Assembly (NCBI RefSeq): GCF_963921235.1
Contig: NC_086101.1
Coordinates: forward strand, 67,890,001-67,954,000
Reading direction: 5' to 3'
Origin: Mobula hypostoma
Lineage: Eukaryota
Length of the DNA: 64,000 bases
In this document: positions 27,331-38,630 of the stretch, one piece after another
Layout of the letters: every line of letters starts with the position of its first letter
Numbering within the stretch: position 1 is the stretch's first letter
The notes under the pieces: model-generated
Database searches by the model: none
What the model saw: the letters and a program-made list of their open reading frames with translations, nothing else
Told to the model about the DNA's origin: nothing
Translations under genes and position numbers: made by a program

Positions 27331-28664
27331 AGGTTTATGGAATGGGATTGACAGGAATGCTCTCAGAATGTAATTGATTCCATGGGTTGAATGGTCTCCT
27401 GCATGAGTAAAAATTTAAAACATGTTTGAAAAGTTGTTCATATGAATGAGTGCTGCGGATTTCTGTAGGGCAGAAATGGCACTGTCAAATAATGCCAAAT
27501 GCATTATATTATGAAATATTAATTCTAATTTTCAATAATGCCCGTGCCTGCTTCCCTCAATCTTTATCAGACTAAAGGACATTTCCAGATGATTAGTGCA
27601 ACATCTGTTCATTCAGTTGGCACGTACTCTACTACTAAACAGCAATTTCATCCAGACTCTGATTTGAAGCAGTGCAATCGATCTGGAGACTTGCTGATGT
27701 CTGAATGCTGATTTAATATAATCAGATGTTCGGTGACAGTCAGCCACTCCAAAATGTTACATGCACTAACGTTGCTTTATAATATGATTCTTTCTATGTT
27801 TTTTCTGTTTAGGGTTCCAAAATGTTGCTCTAATATGTCTTTCTTGGTTTTATTGCTCAAACTACAAATATAAACAATATACTCTAACTTGCTTCTGTCT
27901 AAAAGAAGACATGATAAATTGAACCTCTCTAATTGCTGCTTTCTAAGTATTACAAAAGTAATGGATGTTGGCATTATCATCAATATAAGTACTAATCTAT
28001 GACCTACTCAATGTTGCTCAGTTTGGATTTGTTGGGTCCACTGGTTCCAGGTCTCAGTACCATCAAGGTCTCAACAAAGGACAGAAGAGTTCAGTCCCAC
28101 AGTGTGCATGTGTATGACCTCAAGGTATTATTTCACTGAGTGTCTCATCTAAGTGCCTATTTAAAACTGAAGTTAATATCAGTCAGAGAAGATACCCCAT
28201 TTGTTGGAGGTACACCTAGAAAAAACAGAAAAATAGTTAAATTTGTTGAAGATCAATAATCTCAGCCTGAAGAAATCACTACAGGAGTTTTTCAGGACAA
28301 CTTCAGAGTTCAGATGCTTCATAAATGATTTTGCACATTTGAACGGACACGTAATCTAAAGATTTTTACTCCTCGTGTATATGAAGGATGTAGGTAATAA
28401 AGTCAATTCCATTCAATTACATTCAGATGTCTCAAGTGGATGAGGCATCGCTGCTTACTCCTGAGATCATCAGCTTCACAGAACCTAATTCTTAGCCAAT
28501 CTGATTTTTTTTAAATGACAGAGGATTGATCAAGCAAAGGACCAGACAACACCCAAATGCACATGAAATAATTGCACATTTCATGCTTTAGCAAACTGTT
28601 AAATCATAGTTCTAAGACAACCTTCCACCCAATCAGGTACATTCTGTTTACTGGAATTATTAAC

Positions 28665-28850
28665 AAAGAAAACCTACAGCACAATACAAGCCCTTTGCCC
28701 CACAATGCTGTACTGAACATGTACTTACTTTAGAAATTACCTAGGGTTACCCATGGCCCTCTATTTTTCTAAGTACCATGTCTATCCAGGAGTCTCTTAA
28801 AAGACCCTATTGTATCCGCCTCCACCATAGTCGCTGGCAGCCCATTCCAG
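28665..28850 (-). mobile_element. CR1 3' end fragment
   Basis: WNGLPATMVEADTIGSFKRLLDR; same subfamily as 63140-63380. Confidence 0.8.
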
Positions 28851-28934
28851 ACTGGGTGGAACATCCTTGAGGGTTTATGGATATGAAAGCTAGACACCGA
28901 CATGGGACAAGAACGGAAAGCAACAATCATAGAC

Positions 28935-29066
28935 ATAAGAGGTACTGCAGATGTTGGACATCTAGAGCAATACACATAATGTGCTGGAGGAGCGCAGCAG
29001 GTCAGGCAGCATCCCTGGATAGGAATAAATCATTGATGTTTCAAGCTGAGACCTTTCATCAGGACG
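28935..29066 (-). mobile_element. Penelope pseudo-LTR with degenerate hammerhead core
   Basis: Minus strand reads CTGATGA-AAGGTCTCAGCTT-GAAAC-ATC at ~29035-29062. Confidence 0.7.
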
Positions 29067-29169
29067 GAACAATTTCATTTTTTTCAGCAAACACACATTT
29101 CAGTAGTTAATTTAGAAGTTATTTGGTTCATCACAGCATCCTGTGATATGAAGCTTAGTCAATATTGGG

Positions 29170-29975
29170 TCAACATAGTTTACTATGATTCAAAATGCAT
29201 TCTTTCTGCATGCTTGGCTACAGGAGACCATCTCCAGGTGATTTTCCATTCCATCTATCATCCACCTTTTTCATATGATCTACAGGGATATTCCTATTAG
29301 TGGGTAAATGCCCATCTTTCTGTTCTCCACACCGTACATTACTGTACATTAATGACATATATCAATGATTGCTACCAGGCTTGGGTATTCACTGGTACCA
29401 TTTTCAGATCAAATAAGCCCAATTAACATCAATCTACTGACAGCAGATGTGGATACCATAGCTTCTTTAATTCCCCATCCAGTAATAATCTTAATTAAAT
29501 AGAATGTGCTCAGTTTACAACATTATAATATCAGTTCCCATATGCACAGTTAAAAGTTTAGTTTCCCACTGTGTGGCTGATAGATGCCTTTCACATATTG
29601 GATCTGCTACCGTTAACAGAGCCATATGCTGCCAGTTAATATTCCCATTGGTTTATTGCAACAATACCACATTTGATTGATAAAATCTATTACAGCACCA
29701 TTTCCTTTCTTACAACCTGTGCCTTACACTTCTTTATTCCCATCCCAGTTTGAATATGTGAATTCCTACAATGGCCATATTTGATACAAAGGGTTTCCAC
29801 TCCCATGCCTGCCAAATTATTCATTATAAATCCTCCCAGAACAGTAAATTAACATTAACCAATTAGTTACTTACGCATTACTGTATGGAATGTCCTGAAT
29901 CTATCAGCTATTCTGTACTCTTCTTTTATAAACAGGTTGGTCAATTAAGTGCATTCCTAGCCACAAGACAGAACA
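29170..29975 (-). pseudogene. Ancient LTR-retroelement/retroviral pol relic (RT end to RNase H)
   Basis: Manual minus translation across frameshifts: VLWLG, NPLYQ...W..NKEC, AYGS, CERHLSATQW, TEH..LLLDG..VST, W.IDG. Confidence 0.45.
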
Positions 29976-29989
29976 GTGCGCATGGTATA

Positions 29990-30519
29990 CACTCAGTGGC
30001 CACTTAATTAGATACCTCTTGTACCTACCGAGTGTATGTTCATGGTTTTCTGCTGCTGTAGCCCATCCACTTCAAGGTTTGAGGAGCTGTGCATTCCAAG
30101 AGGCTCTTCTGCACGCTACTATTGAAAGGTGTGGTTATTTGAGTTACAGTCACCATCTTGTCAGCTTGAAGCAGTCTGACCATTCTCCTCTAACTTCTCT
30201 CATTAGCAAGGTGTTTTTGCCCACAAAACTGCTGTGATTTTTGTTCTTTGCACCATTCTCTGTAAACTCTGGAGACTGTCATGTGTGAAAATCTCAAGGG
30301 ATCAGCGGTTTGAGATATCCAAACCACCCCACGTTGCACTAGCAATCATTCCACGATCGAAGTCCCTCAGATTTCTTCCCCATTCTGATAGTTGGTCGGA
30401 ACAATTACTGAACCTCATGGCTTTATGCATTGAGCTGCTACCACATGATTGGCTCATTAGATAATTGCATTAATGAGCAGGTGCTCAGCTGTAGCTGAAA
30501 AAAATGTGGCCACAGAATG
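29990..30519 (-). mobile_element. Non-autonomous Tc1-like element, copy 2
   Basis: Reverse-complement match to 14480-14986, including TIR CACTCAGTGGCCACTT and a TA flank. Confidence 0.8.
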
Positions 30520-30997
30520 TTGTTGAATTGCCAAAAATAATTTAGTGAGCTACCATCTTAGCAATACCGCAATATACCCCATCTAAAGTTCTGATCCAAT
30601 TACCTGACCTTGACCACTGGAGTGTTGTTTGTTCAGTTCAATGACTTTCATATCTTCTTGCAATGTATGAAGGAAAATGTGCAAACCTCATGTGGATCTT
30701 GTGTGCGGTTGAATTTTAAAGCAGCAGATCTATTCAAAACATTGTCATATACTGTATGGGACATCAGGCTGTGGTACTTTAATAATTGCCACATGCTGTG
30801 TAAGTTGGTCTGGCTGATTTTCAGCTTCCTTCCAGGAATTACATGAAAGGGTGGAAAAATGGTAAATGTGCAGACATTCTGAGGTAATAAATTGCTGATC
30901 CCACTACATCATAGTCTTTCTTACAGGCTGCAATTAATGAACAAGTATAAACTACCAGAGATGAGTGATTCCCAGAAATCAAATCCAAGCAAAAACT

Positions 30998-31680
30998 AAA
31001 GTTCAAGGTCAATTTATTATCAAAGTATATACATGTCACCATATACAACTCTGAGATTCACTTTCTTGCAGGCATTACAGGAAACAAAATAGAATCAATG
31101 AAAGACTACCCTCAAAAGGATAAACAAACAACCAATGTGCAAAAGAGGATTAAATGTGCAAATACAAAAATAAATTATAATAATGAAAATAAATAAATAA
31201 ACAATGAATATTGAGAACATGAGATGAAGTATCCTTTTAAGTGAGTCCATAGGTTGTGGGAACAGTTCAGAGATAGAGTGAGTGATGTTGAGTGAAGTTA
31301 TCCCCTCTGGTTCAAGGGACTGATGGATGAGGAATAATAACTGTTCCTGAACCTGGTGGTTTGGGACCTGTGGCTCCAGTACCTTCTTTTTGCTGGCAGT
31401 ATTGAGAAGAAAGCACGGATTGGATGGTGGGGTGCTAGATGATAGATGCTGCTTTCCTATGACAGCACCCCATTTACTGTAGATGTGCTCAATGGTAGGG
31501 AGGGCTGAACCTTATTCATTACTTTTTGGAGGATTTTCCTTTCAAGGGCATTTGTGTTTCCATACCAGGTCCTGGTGCAACCAATCAATATACTCTTCAC
31601 CACACATCTACAGATATTTGTCTAAGTTTTAGATGACATGCTGAATCTTTGTAAACATCTAAGGAAGTAGTGCTGGCAAT
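30998..31680 (-). mobile_element. Rex1/L2-like LINE 3' fragment
   Basis: Same 3' motifs as 2090-2532 (CTGTTCCTGAACCTGGTGG; GATGCTGCTTTCC) and an AAGTTCAA tail. Confidence 0.8.
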
Positions 31681-31839
31681 CTGTCAGTCTACACAGCATT
31701 AATCAAAATTGCTACACATTGGGGCCCAAAGCCCTGAAAACATAGAAACATAGAAACATAGAAAATAGGTGCAGGAGTAGGCCATTCGGCCCTTCGAGCC
31801 TGCACCGCCATTTATTATGATCATGGCTGATCATCCAAC

Positions 31840-34839
31840 TCAGAACCCAGCCTTCCCTCCATACCCCCTGACCCCTGTAGCCACAAGGGCCATATCTAAC
31901 TTCCTTTTAAACATAGCCAATGAACTGGCCTCAACAGTTTGCTGTGGCAGAGAATTCCACAGATTCACCACTCTCTGTGTGAAGAAGTTTTTCCTAACCT
32001 CGGTCCTAAAAGGCTTCCCCTCTACCCTCAAACTGTGACCCCTCGTTCTGGACCTCCCCAACATCGGGAACAATCTTCCCGCATCTAGCCTGTCCAATCC
32101 CTTTAGGATCTTATACGTTTCAATCAGATCTCCCCTCAATCTTCTAAATTCCAACGAGTACAAGCCCAGTTCATCCAGTCTTTCTTCATATGAAAGACCT
32201 GCCATCCCAGGAATCAATCTGGTGAACCTTCTTTGTACTCCCTCTATGGCAAAGATGTCTTTCCTCAGATTAGGGGACCAAAACTGCACACAATACTCCA
32301 GGTGTGGTCTCACCAAGGCCTTGTACAACTGCAGTAGTACCTCCCTGCTCCTGTACTCGAATCCTCTCGCTATAAATGCCAGCATACCGTTCGCCTTTTT
32401 CACCGCCTGCTGTACCTGCATGCCCACTTTCAATGACTGGTGTATAATGACACCCAGGTCTCGTTGCACCTCCCCTTTTCCTAATCGGCCACCATTCAGA
32501 TAATAATCTGTTTTCCTATTTTTGCCACCAAAGTGGATAACTTCACATTTATCCACATTAAATTGCATCTGCCATGAGTTTGCCCACTCACCCAACCTAT
32601 CCAAGTCACCCTGCATCCTCTTAGCATCCTCCTCACTGCTAATACTGCCACCCAGCTTCGTGTCATCCGCAAACTTGGAGATGCTGCATTTAATTCCCTC
32701 ATCCAAGTCATTAATACATATTGTAAACAACTGGGGTCCCAGCACTGAGCCTTGCGGTACCCCACTAGTCACCGCCTGCCATTCTGAAAAGGTCCCGTTT
32801 ATTCCCACTCTTTGCTTCCTGTCTGCTAACCAATTCTCCACCCACACCAATACCTTACCCCCAATACCGTGTGCTTTAAGTTTGCACACTAATCTCCTGT
32901 GTGGGACCTTGTCAAAAGCCTTTTGAAAATCCAAATATACCACATCCACTGGTTCTCCCCTATCCACTCTACTAGTTACATCCTCAAAAAATTCTATGAG
33001 ATTCGTCAGACATGATTTTCCTTTCACAAATCCATGCTGACTTTGTCCAATCATTTCACCGCTTTCCAAATGTGCTGTTATCACATCCTTGATAACTGAC
33101 TCCAGCAGTTTCCCCACCACCGACGTTAGGCTAACCGGCCTATAATTCCCCGGTTTCTCTCTCCCTCCTTTTTTAAAAAGTGGGGTTACATTAGCCACCC
33201 TCCAATCCTCAGGAACTAGTCCAGAATCTAACGAGTTTTGAAAAATTATCACTAATGCATCCACTATTTCTTGGGCTACTTCCTTAAGCACTCTGGGATG
33301 CAGACCATCTGGCCCTGGGGATTTATCTGCCTTCAATCCCTTCAATTTACCTAACACCACTTCCCTGCTAACATGTATTTCGCTCAGTTCCTCCATCTCA
33401 CTGGACCCTCTGTCCCTTACTACTTCTGGAAGATTATTTATGTCCTCCTTAGTGAAGACAGAACCAAAGTAATTATTCAATTGGTCTGCCATGTCCTTGC
33501 TCCCCATAATCAATTCACCTGTTTCTGTTTGCAGGGGATCTACATTTGTCTTTATCAGTCTTTTCCTTTTTACATATCTATAAAAGCTTTTACAGTCCGT
33601 TTTTATGTTCTCTGCCAGTTTTCTCTCATAATCTTTTTTCCCCTTCCTAATTAAGCCCTTTGTCCTCCTCTGCTGAACTCTGAATTTCTCCCAGTCCTCA
33701 GGTGAGCCACTTTCTCTGGCTAATTTGTATGCTACTTCTTTGGAATTGATACTATTCCTAATTTCTCTTGTCAGCCACGGGTGCACTACCTTCCTTGATT
33801 TATTCTTTTGCCAAACTGGGATGAACAATTGTTGTAGTTCATCCATGCAACCTTTAAATGCCTGCCATTGCATATCCACCGTCAATCCTTTAAGTGTCAT
33901 TTGCCAGTCTATCTTAGCTAATTCACGACTCATACCTTCAAAGTTACCCCTCTTTAAGTTCAGAACCTTTGTTTCTGAATTAACTACATCACTCTCCATG
34001 TTAATGAAGAATTCCACCATATTATGGTCACTCTTACCCAAGGGGCCTCTCACGACAAGATCGCTAATTAACCCTTCCTCATTGCTCAAAATCCAGTCCA
34101 GAATAGCCTGCTCTCTAGTCGGTTCCTCGACATGTTGGTTCAAAAAACCATCCCGCATACATTCCAAGAAATCCTCTTCCTCAGCACCTTTACCAATTTG
34201 GTTCACCCAGTCTACATGTAGATTGAAATCACCCATTATAACTGCTGTTCCTTTATTGCACACATTTCTAATTTCCTGTTTAATACCATCTCCGACCTCA
34301 CTACTACTGTTAGGTGGCCTGTACACAACTCCCACCAGCGTCTTCTGCCCCTTAGTGTTACGCAGCTCTACCCATATCGATTCCACATCTTCCCGGCTTA
34401 TGTCCTTCCTTTCTATTGCGTTAATCTCTTTTTTAACCAGCAACGCCACCCCACCTCCCCTTCCTTCATGTCTATCCCTCCTGAATATTGAATATCCCTG
34501 AACGTTGAGCTCCCATCCCTGGTCACCCTGGAGCCATGTCTCTGTGATCCCAACTATATCATAATCATTAATAACAATCTGCACTTTCAATTCATCCACC
34601 TTATTACGAATGCTCCTTGCATTGACACATAAAGCCTTCAGGCGCTCTTTTACAACTCTCTTAGCCCTTTTTAATGCTTGCCCTGGATTTGTTGGCCTGC
34701 CACTTTTACTTTTCCCCTTTGTACTTTTTGCTTCTACGCTCACTTTACACCCCTCTGTCTCTCTGCACTGGTTCCCATCCCTCTGTTGTGAACTAACCTC
34801 CTCACACCTAGCCTCTTTAATTTGATTCCCACCCCCCAA
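31840..34839 (-). CDS. CR1 ORF2: APE endonuclease plus reverse transcriptase (999 aa open; TTG at the track start, frame open to 34860)
   Basis: NARS, GITETW, YRPP, GDFN, SDH (APE); KSPGPDG, YRPVSLTS, YLDFQKAFDKV, SGVPQGSVLGP, FADD (RT); no stops. Confidence 0.95.
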   Translation of the reverse strand: MGGGNQIKEARCEEVSSQQRDGNQCRETEGCKVSVEAKSTKGKSKSGRPTNPGQALKRAKRVVKERLKALCVNARSIRNKVDELKVQIVINDYDIVGITETWLQGDQGWELNVQGYSIFRRDRHEGRGGGVALLVKKEINAIERKDISREDVESIWVELRNTKGQKTLVGVVYRPPNSSSEVGDGIKQEIRNVCNKGTAVIMGDFNLHVDWVNQIGKGAEEEDFLECMRDGFLNQHVEEPTREQAILDWILSNEEGLISDLVVRGPLGKSDHNMVEFFINMESDVVNSETKVLNLKRGNFEGMSRELAKIDWQMTLKGLTVDMQWQAFKGCMDELQQLFIPVWQKNKSRKVVHPWLTREIRNSINSKEVAYKLARESGSPEDWEKFRVQQRRTKGLIRKGKKDYERKLAENIKTDCKSFYRYVKRKRLIKTNVDPLQTETGELIMGSKDMADQLNNYFGSVFTKEDINNLPEVVRDRGSSEMEELSEIHVSREVVLGKLKGLKADKSPGPDGLHPRVLKEVAQEIVDALVIIFQNSLDSGLVPEDWRVANVTPLFKKGGREKPGNYRPVSLTSVVGKLLESVIKDVITAHLESGEMIGQSQHGFVKGKSCLTNLIEFFEDVTSRVDRGEPVDVVYLDFQKAFDKVPHRRLVCKLKAHGIGGKVLVWVENWLADRKQRVGINGTFSEWQAVTSGVPQGSVLGPQLFTICINDLDEGIKCSISKFADDTKLGGSISSEEDAKRMQGDLDRLGEWANSWQMQFNVDKCEVIHFGGKNRKTDYYLNGGRLGKGEVQRDLGVIIHQSLKVGMQVQQAVKKANGMLAFIARGFEYRSREVLLQLYKALVRPHLEYCVQFWSPNLRKDIFAIEGVQRRFTRLIPGMAGLSYEERLDELGLYSLEFRRLRGDLIETYKILKGLDRLDAGRLFPMLGRSRTRGHSLRVEGKPFRTEVRKNFFTQRVVNLWNSLPQQTVEASSLAMFKRKLDMALVATGVRGYGGKAGF

Positions 34840-34844
34840 CCATT

Positions 34845-35078
34845 CTAGTTTAAAGTCACCTCAGTAGCCCCCGCTAATCTCCCTGCCAGGATATTGGTCC
34901 CCCTAGGATTTAAGTGTAACCCGTCCTTTTTGTACAGGTCACACCTGCGCCAAAAGAGGTCCCAATGATCCAAAAACTTGAATCCCTGCCCCCTGCTCCA
35001 ATCCCTCAGCCACGCATTTATCCTCCACCTCATCGCATTCCTACTCTCACTGTCGCGTGGCACAGGCAGTAATCCTGA
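34845..35078 (-). pseudogene. CR1 ORF1 C-terminal part (SGNH/GDSL esterase-like)
   Basis: SGLLPVP..N.WLR.W...GF.FLDHW..F...YK.DGLHLN..G with the DxxH esterase motif; stop TAG at 34845-34847. Confidence 0.9.
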
Positions 35079-36599
35079 GAAAACAGGCATCTGAGCTCCT
35101 CTCAAAACAGTAAAAGCTAGGAATTCTTGGTGTAATTGCTCATACTATGTTTTTTTTTACAAAATCAAGTGCAGGCAGATGAAAGTACTCTAACAACATA
35201 GTACAAAGACTGGACACATTCTTCTACATCATTCTCTGGCCCATCTCTCCAATACATCAAACTGATTTTTTGAAGTTCAGTTCCATTTCTGTCCTGCTCA
35301 ATTTTTCATGAAAGTTCAAGGAACCATTTTTCATTTTGGTTAAGGGAGGTAACTGAGATTAACACTTTTCAAAGAGATTATATCTTATGGATGAATTTAG
35401 ATTTCTCCAATGATAGTAAATGCATCTGCATAACTGTCACAGATAATTGGCAATTTAACTGCTTAAGAAGTGTGAAAGGGGCATTTCTCCAGCTTTCAGT
35501 CATTATCAGTCAAGGATAAGGATATTATATTATTTTCTACTGATAAAAATGATTTAAGCCACTTCTAAGTACAGCTTTTGTTTTTTTAAAATGTGCCTCA
35601 AGTTTGTGGTCAATATCAGTAGTTCCTTAAAAATCTATGTCAGCAAAATTAAAGATATTCTAACAATCGAAGTACAAGTTCTGGCAGTCTATTGCAATCT
35701 TTGTTGCTTTATAGATTTATGCAGCGCTACAAGTTTTTAGGATTTGCTGCATACGAAGAACTACACAATTGTATACAAAATTTTAAGAATTTCGTCCAAT
35801 ATGATGTAATAATTTGTATGTCATATTAAATTTCACAATGATGTCAATGAATAGCAACTTCTTTGTTTTTACTTTTATACTCCCCTTATGCTCAGAATGA
35901 TTTTGTGGTGACCATTATGTTAATTCCAGGCTGCATTTGCTGCCCACTTTATGAATGCTGTTATTTTCAAGAGTATATTCTGTACTTCCTAATTTGATAT
36001 TTTTTAAGTTAAATCTGTGCATTTTTAAAGTGTGTTGCTCATAACATTCACACAGGTCAATGAAAAACCTTAGCAATTAACATGACTATGTACTATAAAG
36101 CAAATAAATTACACACAGATCTTTAAACAGAAGAACAACAACTACATCTACAGGCACTACTCTGTTATTGGCAATCTGGGAGTTCAGTTTTCATGAATAA
36201 TCTAGCCCTCACGCTCAATAAACTTGAACCCTCCACCAATGGGAGCATTTTCAATCTCCTTTCTCTTCCTTTACCTTTCATAATCTAAATGCCTCTATTA
36301 GATCTCCCAGCAATCTACATTGATCCAAAGCCAGCAGCTCAAGCTTCGCCAATCCCTCCACATCACTAAAGACCCTAAACTTTGCATTGATTCCAATGTA
36401 CCCAGGACAAATCTGATCACACTCTGAAATTGGTCTTTTACGCTGGAAATGTCCACATCTCTTTCTGAGACGATCTTAGACTGATTTAGGGACATAAGAT
36501 AGTGAGGGCAAATAACTAGTAAATAGGGACCAATGAACCATTCACAATTCAGTTTTTGTAATGAAACGTGTATGTTAATGTAACAGGGCTGCTTCCTTT

Positions 36600-38094
36600 G
36601 AGAATTAATCACTGCGGGGATCCCTGTTTCCACAGTGCAGTGCGGTCCAGAGGAACACTTGGTGGGGGGGGGGGGGATAGGATTAGTATTCAGGTAGGGA
36701 TGGAAGGATTACTCTAGTACCAGGCTACAGATGTGTGCAGCTAGTTTTTAAGCTGACTGCTTTACAACCCCCTAGTTCTTGCATGGATAGCACAAATTGC
36801 CTTTTCCAACATTTACTCTATAGGCAAGTTACTCACAGTGAAATTAGGACAAAGGCAGAGAAGGAAAAGAGGAATTATAAAGTTGTTAGAAGCAGGATAT
36901 TCATTGTTTGAGTCCACAGTTAATACCTTAGATATAGCAGATATAGATGCTTTGGATGAAGTTAAAGGGAATGATAAGTCAAAATTATGATGACCTGGGA
37001 CAAACTAGTTAGAGAAGTAAACTGCAGAAGTGAGATGGTAATTATACAATTATTGCAGCCATTTAAGGACACAACTAATGGGTTATTGATGGAGTGAACA
37101 ATGATTCCTGTCATCATGATAAAAATGCTACTTCTGTAACATTTCGGCGCCAAGCTCTTGTCGGTAGTCGGGACAAACTTTCTATATTTAGAAGGCCAGA
37201 GAGTCCCAGACTAGAAAGGACATCTGGCAACCAGCTGAAAGCGTGGGTGAGCAAAGGTGATTCAAGATCTCACACTGACTGATCATGCCCCAAAAGACTG
37301 AGAAAAATCAGAGGAGCCCACTGTATGATACCACAGTCCTCAGCATTCTCCAACATGGTGATAATTAAAGCACACTCTCATTGGAGTGCATAATGTCAGA
37401 AAATACCATGAGGGAAATTGGATATCACTAAGCACCTCCGGCCAATACAATCGAGTTGCACAAGTCTGATGTGGGGGTAAATTTAATGCAAAAGGGAATC
37501 ATTGGGCATGTCCAGAGGGGATTGTGTGTGGCTGAATTGATTGTGATTTTGCTACGCATGATAATTGTTCCCTGTTCATATTGCCTTTTAATAATGAAAC
37601 CTTCTTGAAATATACTTTGGTGAGGCAACATCTACAACCTAGCAACATCAGTAAGAGTATATTACAAGGGGTAGTTCCAATGCAGCCTGATTGGCTATAA
37701 TGTGGCAATCTGTGTCACATTAATGATTGGAGAGCATACCTTGCCTCAGCTACTTGCAGAGGAGATGCTGGAGTTGGAGCTTACCATTTATGGTAGTGAC
37801 ACAGACGAAGGATTGTTCAATTCTGTAGCCACAAACTACCAGACATTGCACACATTATTGCTGATTGGGAAAAGATCATCTGGGAGAATAAGCGACTCAT
37901 TAAGAAATGAGATGCACTGTCAAAAAATATAATGGATTATTAGAACAGGCTCAAAGTGGCTCCAGAAAACACTCCCTTTGGGAAAGTATTTGGAATTGGG
38001 GTTTGAATGTACAAATCCATCCCTGGATTTGACTTCCATCGCTGGTGTACAGCTGATTGTTTTAATGACCATTATCATCTTAATGTGCAGGTAA
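36600..38094 (+). pseudogene. Decayed class I fusion glycoprotein (F-like env) of an endogenous retrovirus-like element
   Basis: RQRRKR|GIIKLLEAGYSLFESTVNTLDIADID (furin-type site 36859-36870); Cys-rich HWACP..CDF..NCSL; LWESIWNWG..HPWI followed by hydrophobic IAGVQLIVLMTIIILMC. Confidence 0.65.
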
Positions 38095-38157
38095 AGCATT
38101 GGTGTTTGGGGAATACTCATTTAGTTAGCATTCTATTAGGAATCTAATATTTAGAAC

Positions 38158-38630
38158 TGTTATAGGAAAAAGCACAGTGAGGGCTAATAATTAGTACATA
38201 GAGATGTAGATTATGCTAATGTGGTAATAGGGATCCACAGACAAAAGTAGAGACATGGAATGCAATAGCTAGGACCCCCAAGTTTCAGGAATTCACTAAT
38301 TGTGTTACAGCTTGCACCCATTCTTGCAATAGAAAATTAGATTTACTGCTAGACAGGAGGAGGATAATTTTATTCTGTAATCAGGGCCTAATTTGCTACT
38401 TAATTAAGTCCTCCTGTAGCCAACAATCTGTTATTAAAATGTAGTTGTAGTCAACTGAGTTTTTTCTAAAGCTTGACCAAATTCATGCTCAGGTAGATCA
38501 GTGCTGGCTAGTCTCCTGGTACGCATCAGCTTTTAATAAATCGCCTGTTATTTTGAACACCAACTCATTGTGATCTTTCAGTTTGCTCTGACGTAGATCT
38601 CATCTCCCATTTAATTTCCCATTAATAACA
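38158..38630 (+). mobile_element. Candidate 3' LTR of the env-bearing element
   Basis: TGTTAT...ATAACA inverted termini, AATAAA at 38535-38540, directly after the env stop. No partner LTR or TSD found, and the last CA overlaps the next element's TIR. Confidence 0.35.

Larger units (their letters stand above)
31743..35078 (-). mobile_element. Young CR1 LINE, 5'-truncated within ORF1, ORF2 intact
   Basis: (TTTCTATG)n tail at 31743-31765; probable TSD GAAAACA (31736-31742 and 35079-35085); uninterrupted ORF2. Confidence 0.96.

Noticed and set aside
33725-34501. 258-aa plus-strand ORF
   Set aside because: Antisense shadow of CR1 ORF2; no independent motifs.
36298-36633. Minus ORF with a GPY-like motif (WFIGPY)
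   Set aside because: No other integrase motifs; the ORF partly runs through a decayed CR1 fragment; likely chance.
36579-37160. Apparent LTR (TGTAACA...TGTAACA) followed by PBS-like TCGGCGCC
   Set aside because: The interval encodes the furin site and fusion peptide of the env relic, and there is no partner LTR.
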